A DNA stretch of 64,000 bases from the NCBI GenBank assembly GCA_004022145.1, contig RCNU01000002.1; one strand, given 5' to 3'. Below are positions 37,062 to 49,992 of the stretch, one piece after another. The stretch is from Paecilomyces variotii. Its lineage: Eukaryota. Made by a program: the position numbers and the translations under genes. Under the pieces are notes generated by a model. That model saw only the letters and a list, made by a program, of their open reading frames with translations, was not told the DNA's origin and made no database searches. How positions within the stretch are numbered: position 1 is the stretch's first letter; each line of letters opens with the position of its first letter.

Positions 37062-38848
37062 ATGGGGAAAGTATTCGACGCGGCCGAAGGTAGGACAGAT
37101 TACTTCTTAGCTCTGCTTCTCCGCATTCGTCACATCCAGGTACTAATATGGAAATACAGTCGCGAAGCACAACACTCCGGACAGCTGCTGGGTGGTGCTG
37201 TACGGGAAAGTCTACGATGTAAGGCATCCAATTCGCTTTCACGGAGCTGTTACCGTTGCAATATTTTCGTATATCACCTGCGCAACTGGAAGATGTAGCT
37301 TTACTAAATCGAGCGGCGACTTGTAGGTAACCGATTTCCTTTCCGAGCATCCTGGTGGCTCCAAAATCATCCTGAAGCTCGCTGGAAAGGATACCACAGA
37401 AGAATACGATCCCATTCATCCTCCAGGGACACTGGAAGAGAACCTCAAGCCAGAGGCCTGTCTCGGGACCATCGACCTTGAGACGCTACCCAAACCCAGT
37501 GCAGAGAAGACCGAACCGCAGGAGCAAAAGGAATCACTCCCGCCTGTACAGGCTATGCTCAACATGGATGAGATCGAGGAACTGGCAACGAAGAAGGTCA
37601 GCAGGAAGGCGTGGGCCTACTACTACTCCGCATCCGATGATAAGGTGTCGAAGTCGTTCAATACCCAGGTCTATCGGCAGATCTTGCTTCGACCGCGGGT
37701 GTTCATTGATTGCACAAATTGTGATCTGTCAACCTCACTCTTGGGTCACAAAGTCGGACTACCGATCTATGTGTCCCCTGCAGCGATGGCACGCCTGGCC
37801 CACCCCGCGGGTGAAGCTGGTATTGCAGAGGCATGTCGCAGCTTCGGTGCCGCGCAGGTCATCTCGAACAACGCGTCCATGGCCCCAGAGCAAATCGTCC
37901 AGGATGCTGCTCCAGATCAGGTGTTTGGGTGGCAACTCTACGTCCAGATTGACCGGAAGAAGAGTGAGGCTATGCTGGCACGGATCAACAAGCTCGATGC
38001 TATTAAGTTCATCGTGTTAACTCTGGATGCGCCAGTGCCGGGTAAGAGAGAAGATGACGAAAGGAGTAGCACTATTGGAGAATCGTTGCCAGTTCCTAGC
38101 GCTGTTAAGGAGGGTGCCCGTTCTGCTGACGGGACTCCGGACGTTTCCCAGGCCGTCGGTGGTGTTGGAAAGACGCTCTTCGCCGGTACTGATCCGTCGT
38201 TGACTTGGAATGAAACCCTTCCATGGCTGGCTAAACAGACTAAGAAGCCCATCATCCTGAAGGGTCTCCAGACACATGAGGATGCATACATCGCTTCTCA
38301 CTACGCCCCTCAGGTTAAGGGTATTATCCTGTCCAACCACGGCGGTCGAGCTCTGGATACCGCCCCGCCAGCAGTCCACACTCTGTTGGAAATCAGGAAA
38401 TACTGCCCACGGGTCTTCGACAAGATCGAAGTGTGGGTTGATGGCGGTATCAGACGTGGTACCGATGTTGTGAAAGCACTGTGTCTGGGCGCCCGAGGGG
38501 TAGGAATCGGCCGTCCCCCTCTCTGGGGTCTTGGAGCTGGAGGTGTCGAGGGTGTGAAGAGGACTCTGCAAAGTAAGTCTCCAGTTGAAGTTAAATGCCT
38601 AGGCGCGTGAAACTGACTGTACTCGCAGTCTTGTCGGATGAAACGGCGAGCTGTATGCGCCTCCTCGGGGTCCAGAGAGTCGAAGACTTGGGGCCCCAGT
38701 ATGTACGTATTAAGTTATATTCTCCTTCTTTGGTCCTGTCCGTACTGACTCAAATGAACAGATCAACACCCGTATTGTCGAGCAACAAATATTCGACGGT
38801 CCCTCTGGTCTCGATACAACACCATCGGTGCTGAAATCAAAGCTATAA
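37062..38848 (+). CDS. Flavocytochrome b2-like FMN-dependent alpha-hydroxy acid dehydrogenase (cytochrome b5 + FMN domains) ending in PTS1 -SKL
   Basis: Cytochrome b5 domain [67 protein letters not shown]; spliced C-terminus ..TPSVLKSKL*. Confidence 0.93.
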
Positions 38849-39214
38849 TTGTATCCATGATTTGGTAAAAGTGTGGATATTTCAAACCCGGAAAGAGCTT
38901 TCACATTCATCCATATTCCCTGAGCGAATATTACACAACTGCTGACGGATATTGTTCCCGTTTTCTTCTCTCCACCTTGCGTAACCAAGCTGTACTGTAT
39001 ACTCTGTTCATTAGACAGGCTTCACCTCATATGTAGTGTCTTGAGGACTCTTGCGGATGCCACTATAGACCGAATTTATACTGTCTCTGATATTGCTCTT
39101 TCAACAAACAATATCTACAAATTTGAGTCTATTTTCGGCATAGCTACGCCTTGCCACCCATCTTTTCATAGCTCATCTGGTCCAAAGAGAGCCGATTTCT
39201 GTCTCCTTGTCAGT

Positions 39215-39730
39215 ATATGCGGATCAAAGAACAGTTTCCACAAGACAAGTGACTCTAGATCCATGCCTGGGCTCATACCCCTCCTAATCTCAACTAGCAT
39301 TGTGAATTCCACAATGCACTAGTCCTGGGGGTCCACTTGGACCAGACCTGGATATCCACGTTCTTCTCATACACATCATACAGATACCCCAATATAAAAT
39401 CTCTCTCGGTCTTATCAAACCACTCTCCCAATGCTTTCTGCTGCTGCGGCGAGAGATCTTGAGTAGGAAAGAAGACCACACTTCTCTCCTCGATTAGTAG
39501 ACCCAACTGATCTTTCTGTGATCCGTCAGATCGTTGAATTGCAGACTCACGACCTCCGTCCTGATATGTTTCGTTAGATGAACCACCTCCTTCGCTGCTG
39601 ATAAGAGCGCTTTCTTCTCCTGATTGGCGTACAATTGATCACAGTTCCGCACGTTGTAGATGTCATCAAGATACAGTGATAAAAGCAAGAGTCACGGCAA
39701 CCATAATGAACTCGATCCCTGTTCTTGTAA
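39215..39730 (-). pseudogene. Degenerate TauD/TfdA-family (Jlp1-like) alpha-ketoglutarate-dependent sulfonate dioxygenase
   Basis: LYLDDIYNVRN..EKKALLSAAKEVVHLTKHIRTEVVSLQFNDLTD, frameshift near 39520, then QKDQLGLLIEERSVVFFPTQDLSPQQQKALGEWF fused directly to DKTERDFILGYLYDVYEKNVDIQVWSKWTPRTSALW, then NAS*D*EGYEPRHGSRVT with stops at 39290-39292 and 39284-39286. Confidence 0.85.
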
Positions 39731-40975
39731 AGTATATGAAGGGCGTGTTTGATCACATTATCTACAAGCATCATTATATCTTCGTCCTTCCTCCGCGCAT
39801 GGAATCTGAAACTCGATCTCTCGCACAGATCAGGTGCTGGTTATCAGTATGAAATAATATAATTTGTTTTGGTCAGGTAATCGATTCGATTCAGGGGCCA
39901 CTGTCAGCTAAATGCGAGCCAGGATATCATAATGCGGGGCATGAATGGCGTAATGTTATTGTCGGTCTTATATTCCTGATTAAATGCGCCTGGGTGACTT
40001 ACGGTTTCTAGCTTATTTCTATCAGTAGTAACCGAGTGGACGAATCGAGATAAACTACTGAAGATTGAGAGTCCGGCTGATGCACAGACCGTTAAGTATG
40101 GTCGAATTATTGAAGTGGTCTAGCTTGAGGCTAACTCTGTGAACACATTTATGCTCCATTCGATGTTTATTGCAACGATGGTGATTGGATATTGATATAT
40201 AGACAGGCCCGCGATATAGGAGGAAGCTGGTGGTTATCACCTAAATTCTATCTATCTAAAGCTTTGTTCAACGAATCCTTTCAGGACCTAAGAAGCAATC
40301 CAAATCATCTACGCTATCTCCATTGTACCACACATAATCTCAATCATCAACCATCCATGGCTAATGGAAACCCATCGCGGAAACTTATCTGCGTTTATAC
40401 ATGGCGATATCTGCGGGCTCTGTGACGTCTTAGCTCTAGATATGAACGGGTACACCTGCTTCAGCCAATGCTTATATGCTACGACATATTGATCCCTGTC
40501 TTGGTCCCTATAATGGACGCCATGCCCGCTGGGCGCGTGGTTGGTGTTTTGCATCGGCAGCACGCGAAAGCCGCCTCTGATGTCGACATCCGAAACGACA
40601 CAACTAACCCCGCGTATGAGGATGTCGACGAGCTTCTTGTCTAGGTACTAGGATCCACCTTTTGTAGCCTTGATGGTGGTCTAAGCTACATAATGGATAG
40701 ACCTATGGGGCATATGCGTCGGAATCTCCCCGGGAGACCGGGGTAGGTAAGAAAGAAGAGGTAGCCTTTTTCTTGTTCTATCAGGATAATGTGCTGTAGC
40801 TTAAACTTTGAGGGCTAGGAAACGCTGCCGTGTGAGATTTAAATCTGTCTAATATCGATTTATATCAGACGGAGAGCAGGGTTTCCAGTTTGTATCACCT
40901 AGCTGCTTCGTTTCAAGGCCGCATTCCCGGCTACTGGTGTATATCTTCATATCGGGCAAACCAACTCGAAAAAAC

Positions 40976-43199
40976 ATGGCGCCCCCGGATATTGTGACGG
41001 AAGAGAGAGCATCAGAGCAATACGACGATGTTATCATCAAAAAGGATCCGAAACGCAAGTGGGTGAGCTACATCTGGGACACGTTCGACAAGTCTCCGGA
41101 GGAGCGCAAATTGCTTTTCAAATTGGATACTGCCATTTTGACGTTCGCATCATTAGGTGAGTTTCGAACTGATTAGATTCTTCGTATTAGAACTGACTGG
41201 ATCTCGCTAGGTTATTTCATCAAGTACCTAGATCAGATTAACATCAATAATGCTTTCGTTTCGGGAATGTACGTCACTATAGATTCCCAGTTATGGACAC
41301 TTTATTAACGGTCGAACAGGAAGGAAGATCTAGGGCTATACGGTAACCAGCTAAACTATATGCAAACAACATGGACTATCGGATATGTCATCGGGGAGAT
41401 CCCTAGTAACATATTCCTCACACGAGTTAAACCGAGATACTGGATCCCTGCAATGGAGGTAGGATGTCGCCCGAAACTAATACTATGCCGGTTGGATCTT
41501 TAGCTCATATGTTCAGGTTATATGGTCTATCCTTACCTTTTCACAATCGAGATGCAATTCGGCCCACCAATTCTACATAATTCGGTTCTTCATCGGTAAG
41601 GATTCTGCAGCCACTATGTGCTGACGATAATTAACCTCCAGAAGGTCTCGCAGAAAGCACTTTCTACCCCGGAATGCAGTATATAATCGGATCATGGTAT
41701 CGAAAAGATGAACTGGCTAAAAGATCTTGCATCTTCCACACAAGCAGCGCAATTGGAAGTATGTTTTCCGGCTATCTAATGGCTGGCGTATATCATCTTG
41801 GTGGAAAAGGTGGCTTCAAAGGCTGGCAATGGTAAAATTTATCCGTCAACAGTCCCAAACAGTGCCAGTGGCTTACTATTACCGCGAAGGTTGTTTATTG
41901 TCGACGGCATCATATCGCTTCCAGTCGCCCTGAGCGGGTTCTTTGTCCTTCCGGATGTACCAGAGATCTCCAATCCTTGGTATCTGACCAAGAAGGTATG
42001 GAAGTCCGTCTAAATTTTAGTAATTTCTAGTATTATCCACACTCTGACATAACACTCGTAGGAAGTTGCACTTACACAGAAGAGGATGGAGTTGGAGGGT
42101 AGAAAACCGAGGCAACCCTACACAATGGCCAAGCTGAGGAAAATATTCTCGTCCTGGCATGTGTACCTTCTGACGATCGCATATATGTGGGTTCCATGCA
42201 TGGGACGGCTTCAGCTCGAGGGAGATATACATATCTAACTCTACCCAGATGTTTCAATAACGGCGCTGCAGGGTCGCAACCTGTTTTCCAACAGTGAGTA
42301 GTTATCCTGCCCTATATATGCGTGCAAGGCCCTGAGTAGAGAACAGGTATTTGAAAGCGTCCAAAGACCCGAAGTATTCCGTTGGACAGATCAATGCATA
42401 CCCGACCACCACTTCAGCTGTACAGGTGTTTAGTACCCTGGTATATGCTTGTAGGTTGAGCAATCCTGCGATAACCCCGGAAAATCCATCTTGACAAATT
42501 AATTAGGGACATCCGATACGATATTCAGAGGCGCTCGCTGGCCTCCCATCGTTTTTGGTGCTGTAAGTCCCGACTTATGCTTATCAGAGTTCCTCGTTGA
42601 CCTTTGTGCGTAGCTGGTGAATATCCTCTGCTACGTATCCCTTGCTGTGTGGGATATCCCTACAGGATGGAAATGGACATGCTTCATATTGGCCGGATGT
42701 GGTTATGGACTTAGCGGTCTACTCATGGCGTATGTCCCATCACTCCCCAAATAATGCAAGTATTATACGGTAGCTAATCAGCAATTGACCTAGTTGGAGC
42801 CACGAGATATGTGCCGACGACAACGAAGAGCGCGCCATCACGGTCGGATCCATGAACGAGTTAGCGTATGTGTTTCAGGCATGGCTGCCATTGATTGTGT
42901 GGCAGCAAGTCGACGCTCCGCAATATCGGAAGGGTTATATCACCGTTACAATACTCTCTGCGCTTCTTATTGTTTCAGTGTTCGCAATACGGCATTTACA
43001 TAAGAGGGAAATTGCCGACAAGTGAGTGTAGTCGATCAGCGCCTCCCGCGGTTCACTTTATTCGCATCACGAAAATATGCTAATTACTTATATATCGCTT
43101 TGCTGCAGGAGAGGACATATAGGAGAAGAGACACAGGAGGAAGATCCCTCCAGCCCTCCTCATTCTATACCAGTTCCCACGAAGGATTCGAGAGCGTGA
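40976..43199 (+). CDS. MFS transporter, allantoate permease (Dal5)/Liz1/Seo1 family; 12 introns
   Basis: [92 protein letters not shown]. The frame stays open through 12 GT-AG introns to TGA at 43197-43199. Confidence 0.92.
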
Positions 43200-44122
43200 A
43201 CCGAAGACCACAGGTTGTCAACGAACTTAACGTGTTCACTTGGTTGTGATATTATATCGTCCAGCAGCTGAATATGTCAAGAGCATACAAGAGCATATTG
43301 ATGTACAGATTCGAGTCCGCTCTTTGAAAGGATTCAAAGATTCTTTTGCCATATATACTATTGAAATCTATTGGAGCTACAGACCACTCTACTCAAAGGA
43401 TATATCTCCTATTGGTCATCCTACAAAAATATAAATGGATATTCAGTGATTGATCAACTAATGTGTTATTGTATTACGGTAGTATTACCGTAAATGGACG
43501 ACGGCGGCATCGATTATCTGTATTATCGCGTATTCCGCATCAACTTCAGCCTTGTTCGCGACTCCGCAAAAGCGGAATTCACCATTTACTGTCTGCGTGT
43601 AGTCGAACTCGATCAAGCTTGATTGAGACACTCCATGTGAAACAATATTCTAAATTCTATGCTATCAACCCGAATTCTCTACGACTCGCCATACGTCGTT
43701 TAATTACTTGTCCCGCTACTTCTGTCACCCCCGCTTGTCTACCCTGCACGATCGACCGACCAACATCTCGACTCCGATGACCTCCGCCACCCCTTCCCTG
43801 GGCCCTTACTCCTCGTCGCCTGCTTTCTTTCTACCTGCACTCAAATTCGACGCGACCGTTTAGATATTCTCTACGCCTACCGCGTCTCACCACGACGATT
43901 GGAACTCGTGTTCGGCTTCCAGCTCGGAAGCTGGGACCTTTGTCCCCTTTACTGAGCTACGCTCACCCACACAAAGCCGTATCATTCAAAGTTTCTGTGC
44001 CTTGTTTGACGGTATCCGCATCACGATCCTTTCCTGTGAGCCTTGACAGATTTCTCTGCAGTTGGATAAGCGCCAGACAACTGCAGACTTTCCATGCAAT
44101 CTTACCTGCGGCCGAAAACATC

Positions 44123-45538
44123 ATGAACCATACTACGCCTTCTCCCAGTCCGCCGCCAACACATTCCTCTCCGGCCCAAGGGACCCCCCACAGTGTTGCT
44201 GCAGGTGCAAAGCGGAAGCGAAGCTCTGGCAGTAAATTCTATGCCGTTAAACTTGGCTTTCAGCCCGGGGTGTACTATAACTGGAATGATTGCTTGGCGC
44301 AGGTGACGGGATACAAGGGAGCTGTCTGTGAGTCTGTCGCAAATTGATATCACTATTATTTTGATAAGCCGCTTTTTTTTCCCTTTCAATTGCGGGGTCT
44401 TTTATCCGGAATGATAAATGCTAATCGTTTTTCTCTTCCTACAGTCCAATCATTCCCTACTCTCGAAGAAGCCAATGCTTTCCTTACAGGTACCAGGCTG
44501 CCTGGTTCTCAGAACACAGCATCTTCAGGGGCCGACAACACACGGTTTTATGGCGTGCAACGAGGCCATAAACCCGGTGTCTATACGGATTGGGCCAAAG
44601 CCCAGGAGCAGATACGGGGATTTGTGCGGCCGAAATACAAGAAGTTTTCTACGCGGGTAGAAGCCGAGGAGTTTGTCCAAAGCGGACAGGAACAACCTTC
44701 GACATCGGTTAGCATTTCACAAGTAAAGGAATTGCCAGGATCGGCTGGCTTGACGTCTGATAATCCTAAGGATGACCTTGGCTTCGATTTGGAGCCGGGA
44801 ACTGGCCCTCTTCCGCCTGGTGCGGAGGACGGTTTTGATCCCAATGTGCTCTTTGACCCGACTACGGGCAGGATTGTATACAAAACGAAAGAACAGAAGA
44901 CTGCAACCAAGACGAGGCCGACGGGATCACCGCCCATGTTAAACATCTATACGGACGGAAGTTCTCTGCGGAATGGTTCAAAGATAGCATCGGCTGGAGT
45001 CGGTGTCTACTTCGGACCCGGGGATAAGAGGCATGCAACGCTCTTCCTGAGTTTTCTTTTGGTCCAGTCTTACTGACACACCTCCTTTCTCAGCAGAAAC
45101 GTCTCGGAGCCGTTGAAGGGCAACCGCCAAACCAACCAGCGAGCAGAGCTGTTTGCTATTCTGCGAGCTCTTGATATTGCACCTCGCCATCGAGATGTCA
45201 CCATCTTTACTGATAGTAGGTACGCTATTGACTGCGTCACTGTATGGTACATCAAGTGGCGGCGTAACAAATGGATGACGGCAGACCACAAGCCTGTTGA
45301 GAACAAGGACCTGGTCGAATCAATCCTGGTCAAGATCGAGGAGCGGAATGAATTGAAAGTTAAGACTCTATTTCAATGGGTGAAGGGACACAATCGTGAC
45401 CATGGAAACGAAGAGGCTGATCGACTTGCGGTCAATGGTGCTCGAAGAGGTGTTACAGAAAAGGCGGAAGCACTGGCAGTAGCCCAGAATATCGCTGATG
45501 AAGGGCTTGAAGAAGAGTTCCAGGACGATTTGAATTGA
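44123..45538 (+). CDS. rnh1: Ribonuclease H1 with two N-terminal hybrid-binding domains; 2 introns
   Basis: KFYAVKLGFQPGVYYNWNDC and RFYGVQRGHKPGVYTDW (HBDs); catalytic IYTDGS, TNQRAEL, FTDSRY, WVKGH..GNEEADRLA. Confidence 0.95.
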
Positions 45539-46586
45539 AGTTCACGTTCATTCGGTGTTCCTGTATCTCAGCTATATATGGCGTGGTTATGGATCGAGGT
45601 CGATATGGGCTGCGCTGCGGGAGTTTGGCAGGGCGGGACTCTGGCTGGCGAAAGACGGAGTAGGATAGGATTAGTTATTCACTGCGTGGGCCAGCAAAGC
45701 TCACCAACATGCTATCCTGATCTTCACGTCTCTCTTGGCGATTTATAAGTGTATATTTGATCACGGCTCACGTCATGAGGAGATAAGTACAGTACTTGGC
45801 CGTGGAATGTTTCCGGCAGCATGAACGAAACACGGATGAGCCGGCACTTTGCTAGGTATTCTTCTCTCGTACACTGGTAAAATAATGCAGTAGTTAGTCG
45901 GTTGTATCCTCGAAGGTCCCTTCAGCATGTTCCTGTCACGCCATCTTATCTCGGATCTTTTGGCCCACTAGAGCCCGACTTCTTGGCGGACAAATTATCT
46001 AGCGGACATTTTCTGTTCGCTCGCCGAAAACTGACTCACACCTGCTGTGTATCTCAGGCTTTTCGACTGTGCCTTTGCTCGTGGGACTCTTACAGGTAAA
46101 CCGGCTGGTTTATTGATCACGTCTTTGTCTACAAGGCAACGGGAACTTCAATCTATCGTCTCCAGCGACCGCATAAGGTTACGGGTTCAATCTGGCCACC
46201 GTCGCGAAACTAGGCCTCAGCAACTTTCATCGGATGAGCAGAGAGCAGCAGGTTGTAATGAGCGTTCACACTATGATTGAATAACACTTTCTGGTTTCCA
46301 CTACTGGTCTTTAAGCACTACTGTTCAGTGACACCCTCGTTGGGACACTTAGGCCTGTATCAATCTCTCCATTCCAAGAGGGTCCATACAGACTCTCCAG
46401 CAGACGGTTCGTCAAAACCGTAAGCATAATTTAGCACGAAGGGGAAGGGACCGTGTTCAGGAATCGAGCCTCGTTGGATAATTGCTTTTCAATATCCGTG
46501 GCTCGTTGAATTCCATCCATACGAAGCGCCTGCCCAGTCGGTGGATCATTCAAGCCAAGGACGACAAGAAGACGAAAGCAGCCAAG

Positions 46587-48477
46587 ATGCCTACCCTTGA
46601 CTTGGGCAATTTCAACATTGTCTGTGCCACCCTCGGAGGCTTCATCTCTCTCTTTGGCTTGGTCTCCTACCTTTGCAAGGAGAGATTCTATCTTTCGGAA
46701 GCATGTTAGTGCAGCCGTGCATTCTACTTCCATGGAGCCCTTTTTCCTGTGCTGACATCCCATCAAACAGTGATATCGCTTCTAGCTGGGATTATATTTT
46801 CTCCACATGCGGCTAATTTCATCAGACCGTCAGACTATTCTCTTGGCTCTGCTGAAAATCTGGAACTTATCACGCGGGACTTCACCAGACTTGTCTTGGG
46901 TGTCCAGTTGGTTCTTGCCGGAGTTCAGCTTCCGAGTCGCTATCTGCAGATAGAATGGAAGAGCCTCTCCCTCTTGCTAGGCCCCGGTATGGCGGCCATG
47001 TGGATATGTACCAGTCTCCTTGTCTGGGCAATGGTTCCACATACGGAATTCCTTCATGCCATGATCATCGGTGCCTGTGTGACGCCTACTGATCCAGTCT
47101 TGTCGAACTCCATCGTGAAGGGTAAATTCGCGGATAAGAACGTTCCACGGCCACTGCAGAGGATCATAATCGCAGAGTCTGGTGCCAACGATGGCTTGGG
47201 ATATCCATTCCTTTTCTTGGGGCTCTACCTCCTCAAATACGTAGGTATGGGCGGTGCAGGTACCACCGGGAATGGTGGCACAGCTATTGCAAAGTGGGTC
47301 TACGAGACTTGGTGTTACGAGATATTGCTGAGCGTTGCCTATGGCATCGCTGTTGGCTGGCTGGCTCGAGACCTACTACATTGGGCAGAGGAGAAGAAGT
47401 ATATCGACCGGGAGAGCTTCCTGGTATTCGCTATTGCTCTTGCAGTAAGTCCTGATCCTGTGAAGACAAGTCGTCGGCGTACTAAACACTACATCTAGCT
47501 CTTCATTGTTGGAACCTGCGGATTGATCGGGACAGATGACCTGCTGGCCTGCTTCATTGCCGGAAATGTCTTCACTCACGAGTGAGTCTACTCTCTCCCT
47601 GAACCTCAGCTGCCTTGGATTGCTGACCTTCAAAGCGACTGGTTCCGTCTAGAGACACTGGACGACTCCCTCCAGCCCACAGTAGATATGCTTCTCAACT
47701 TGGCCATTTTCATGTGGTTTGGAGCTGTGTGCCCATGGTCCTCTTTCGTCCATAACGATGTCATCCCGATATATAGGCTCATATTCCTGGGGATCCTGGT
47801 TCTGCTTCTTCGTCGATTGCCTGTCATTCTCGCAATGCATAAGGGAATCCACCAGATCGACCAGTTCTCTCAGGCAGCCTTCGTTGGATTCTTCGGGCCT
47901 ATGGGAGTCGGAGCTATTTTCTATCTCTGCGTTTGCCGAGAGTTCTTGACCGAGAATGTGCTCGTTGATGGCAAACCCCGCGAGGATGCGGTCAAAGTTG
48001 CTGAAGCAGTTAATATCGTGGTCTGGTTCCTGGTTATCTGTAGTATCGTACGTTCCCCGCACCAGTTATTCTCTCTTTTTTTCACCAACGTCAAAAGGTA
48101 TCCAAGCTCTGACTACTATCCAGATCGTGCACGGTATCTCCGTTCCGCTTGCCAAAGCTGGATATCATATCCCGCGTACCATCTCTAGCGCCCTGAGTAC
48201 AAGCACAACCTACGATCCGGAGCCTATCACTATTCCTGGCGTCCAGAACACCCACAGCACTGCTACACGAGGCCAAGATCCCACCGCTCTTGGTCGCAAC
48301 CGTCGAGAACGGATCCCACCACCTCCCTTCAGGATTGGCGGGTCAGTTATCAGACCGAGATCTCCAGCAAGTCAGATCCAGCCGGGTGTTGGCCAGACCG
48401 GTGAACCTGAAAGACCAGTTAGTTTGGTCTCTGATGATGGCCGACTCAAACCAGGAACACAATCTGCCAGTGACTAG
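46587..48477 (+). CDS. Plasma-membrane Na+(K+)/H+ antiporter, Nha1/Sod2 (CPA1) family, multi-exon
   Basis: LVSYLCKERFYLSEA; TPTDPVLSNSIVKGKFA; AESGANDGLGYPF; GTDDLLACF; FVGFFGPMGVGA; IVHGISVP. Confidence 0.93.
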
Positions 48478-49992
48478 TCTAAACCCTTTGCAAAGCTGTT
48501 GGCTCCCATTGTCTCGAGGATCCTGATGTCTCCTTGCAGTGGAGAGATCTGCTGGCGATATTTATCCCGGCTTTCCGCCAGCAGCAAATATCAAGACAGG
48601 CCCTTCGGGTTTAGACGTCGCGCTACTTATGAACTGGTGAGTATCCGCGGAGCTGGAGCTACCATATCAGACGTATGTACATACAACTTACCACGCGGAA
48701 GTTTTGAAACCATCCGTTCATATTACCATTGCGTTTTCAAGGCTTTACTTTAGAGAAACCATGCCAATTTCAACTGAGTATTACTCTGAAAATACCAAAC
48801 AATTTGATCTTGTCTGCATTATGTAAAAGTCAAAAGAGTAATTACTACTAGAAATCAGTTGGACCTTACAGTGGCGGAGGCAATTTGAAGAACAGCCATA
48901 GTAAAAGTAGATCATGAACTAATGCAATTAGAGATCTCAGAGAGGAATCGGAGTACAGACTGCCAGTTAAGCGTTCAAGCGTATAGTCAAGGACGTTGTT
49001 GAATTGTTCTTGAAGTAAAGTATTTTCTTCCCTTTATGCACCAACGCGCCAAGCACTATGGAAAGCATGGATGCGATCTAACTACAACTTCTGTTTTTAC
49101 CCAGGATACTCCATACGAATCCAGTCCGATACATATTGAATGGTTTTTATTTTCCGAAAACTTTTCTGTCATAAAACTCCGTACTTTTAGGTTCCATGCC
49201 ACGCTCATAATGACAATTCAACCCAAACATGGTTCCACCGCCGGTCCAACCTCATGACCTCTACCAGCAAACCGCCTATTCATCATCGAGATCTCACGTT
49301 CATAGCTTCATCCCCAACCAACATATGTCTATGAAATGAGCTCATGCAATCATTAACATTGGATCCACGCCACCCCTCAACACCAGCTGCATCAATGTGG
49401 AATCAAACAAAAAGGGAGTATGCGAGGGCGGACAAAGGAAAAGGGTATATACCAGGACCACCTCGACACTCTGGGACTGGGGACCGGGGGCTCGAAAGAA
49501 TGAAAGAGAAAGATGTCATTCAAAATAACATGTGAGAAGGAAAAGAGGAAGATGCAGGATGTGTGATTGTCGCCGCAATAAGGGCGTCATAAGAACCCAT
49601 GGTTAGCGGATTTGGCGGGAAGAAGGGCAGGAGAACGGATGCAGAGGACCAACGAGTCCTCATGACGGAAATGACACATCCTATGGGAGAAGCGAGACAT
49701 GATGTGGGCCGCTTAAGTCATGCCGTGGCCGACATTTCTCTCTCGTCTCCCACACCAACGTAAATAAAGGTTATAGGCAATGCGGACTAGTCCAGGGGAT
49801 GCTTGTCCTATGTACAGTGGTCACGCTCGAAGGACCTGCGACTACGGTGACAGGATCTCATGCTACAATCGCGTCCATAAGAATGGAGGATTCGAGTAGC
49901 AGCTGAGGATGTCAGCACCGTTGGCAGCGATAGTATCCGCGATACACGCAGACACGGTATGAAAGATAGGGTCGGCGCTCGCAAGGACCCTC

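Noticed and set aside
44123-45538. RNase H as a possible retrotransposon remnant
   Set aside because: It has hybrid-binding domains and spliceosomal introns, with no RT, integrase or LTRs nearby; it is the cellular RNase H1.
48472-48500. Possible readthrough-derived cryptic PTS1 (..AKL) after the antiporter stop
   Set aside because: The stop is TAG-TCT rather than the TGA-CTA readthrough context, AKL is not followed by a stop, and the protein is polytopic.
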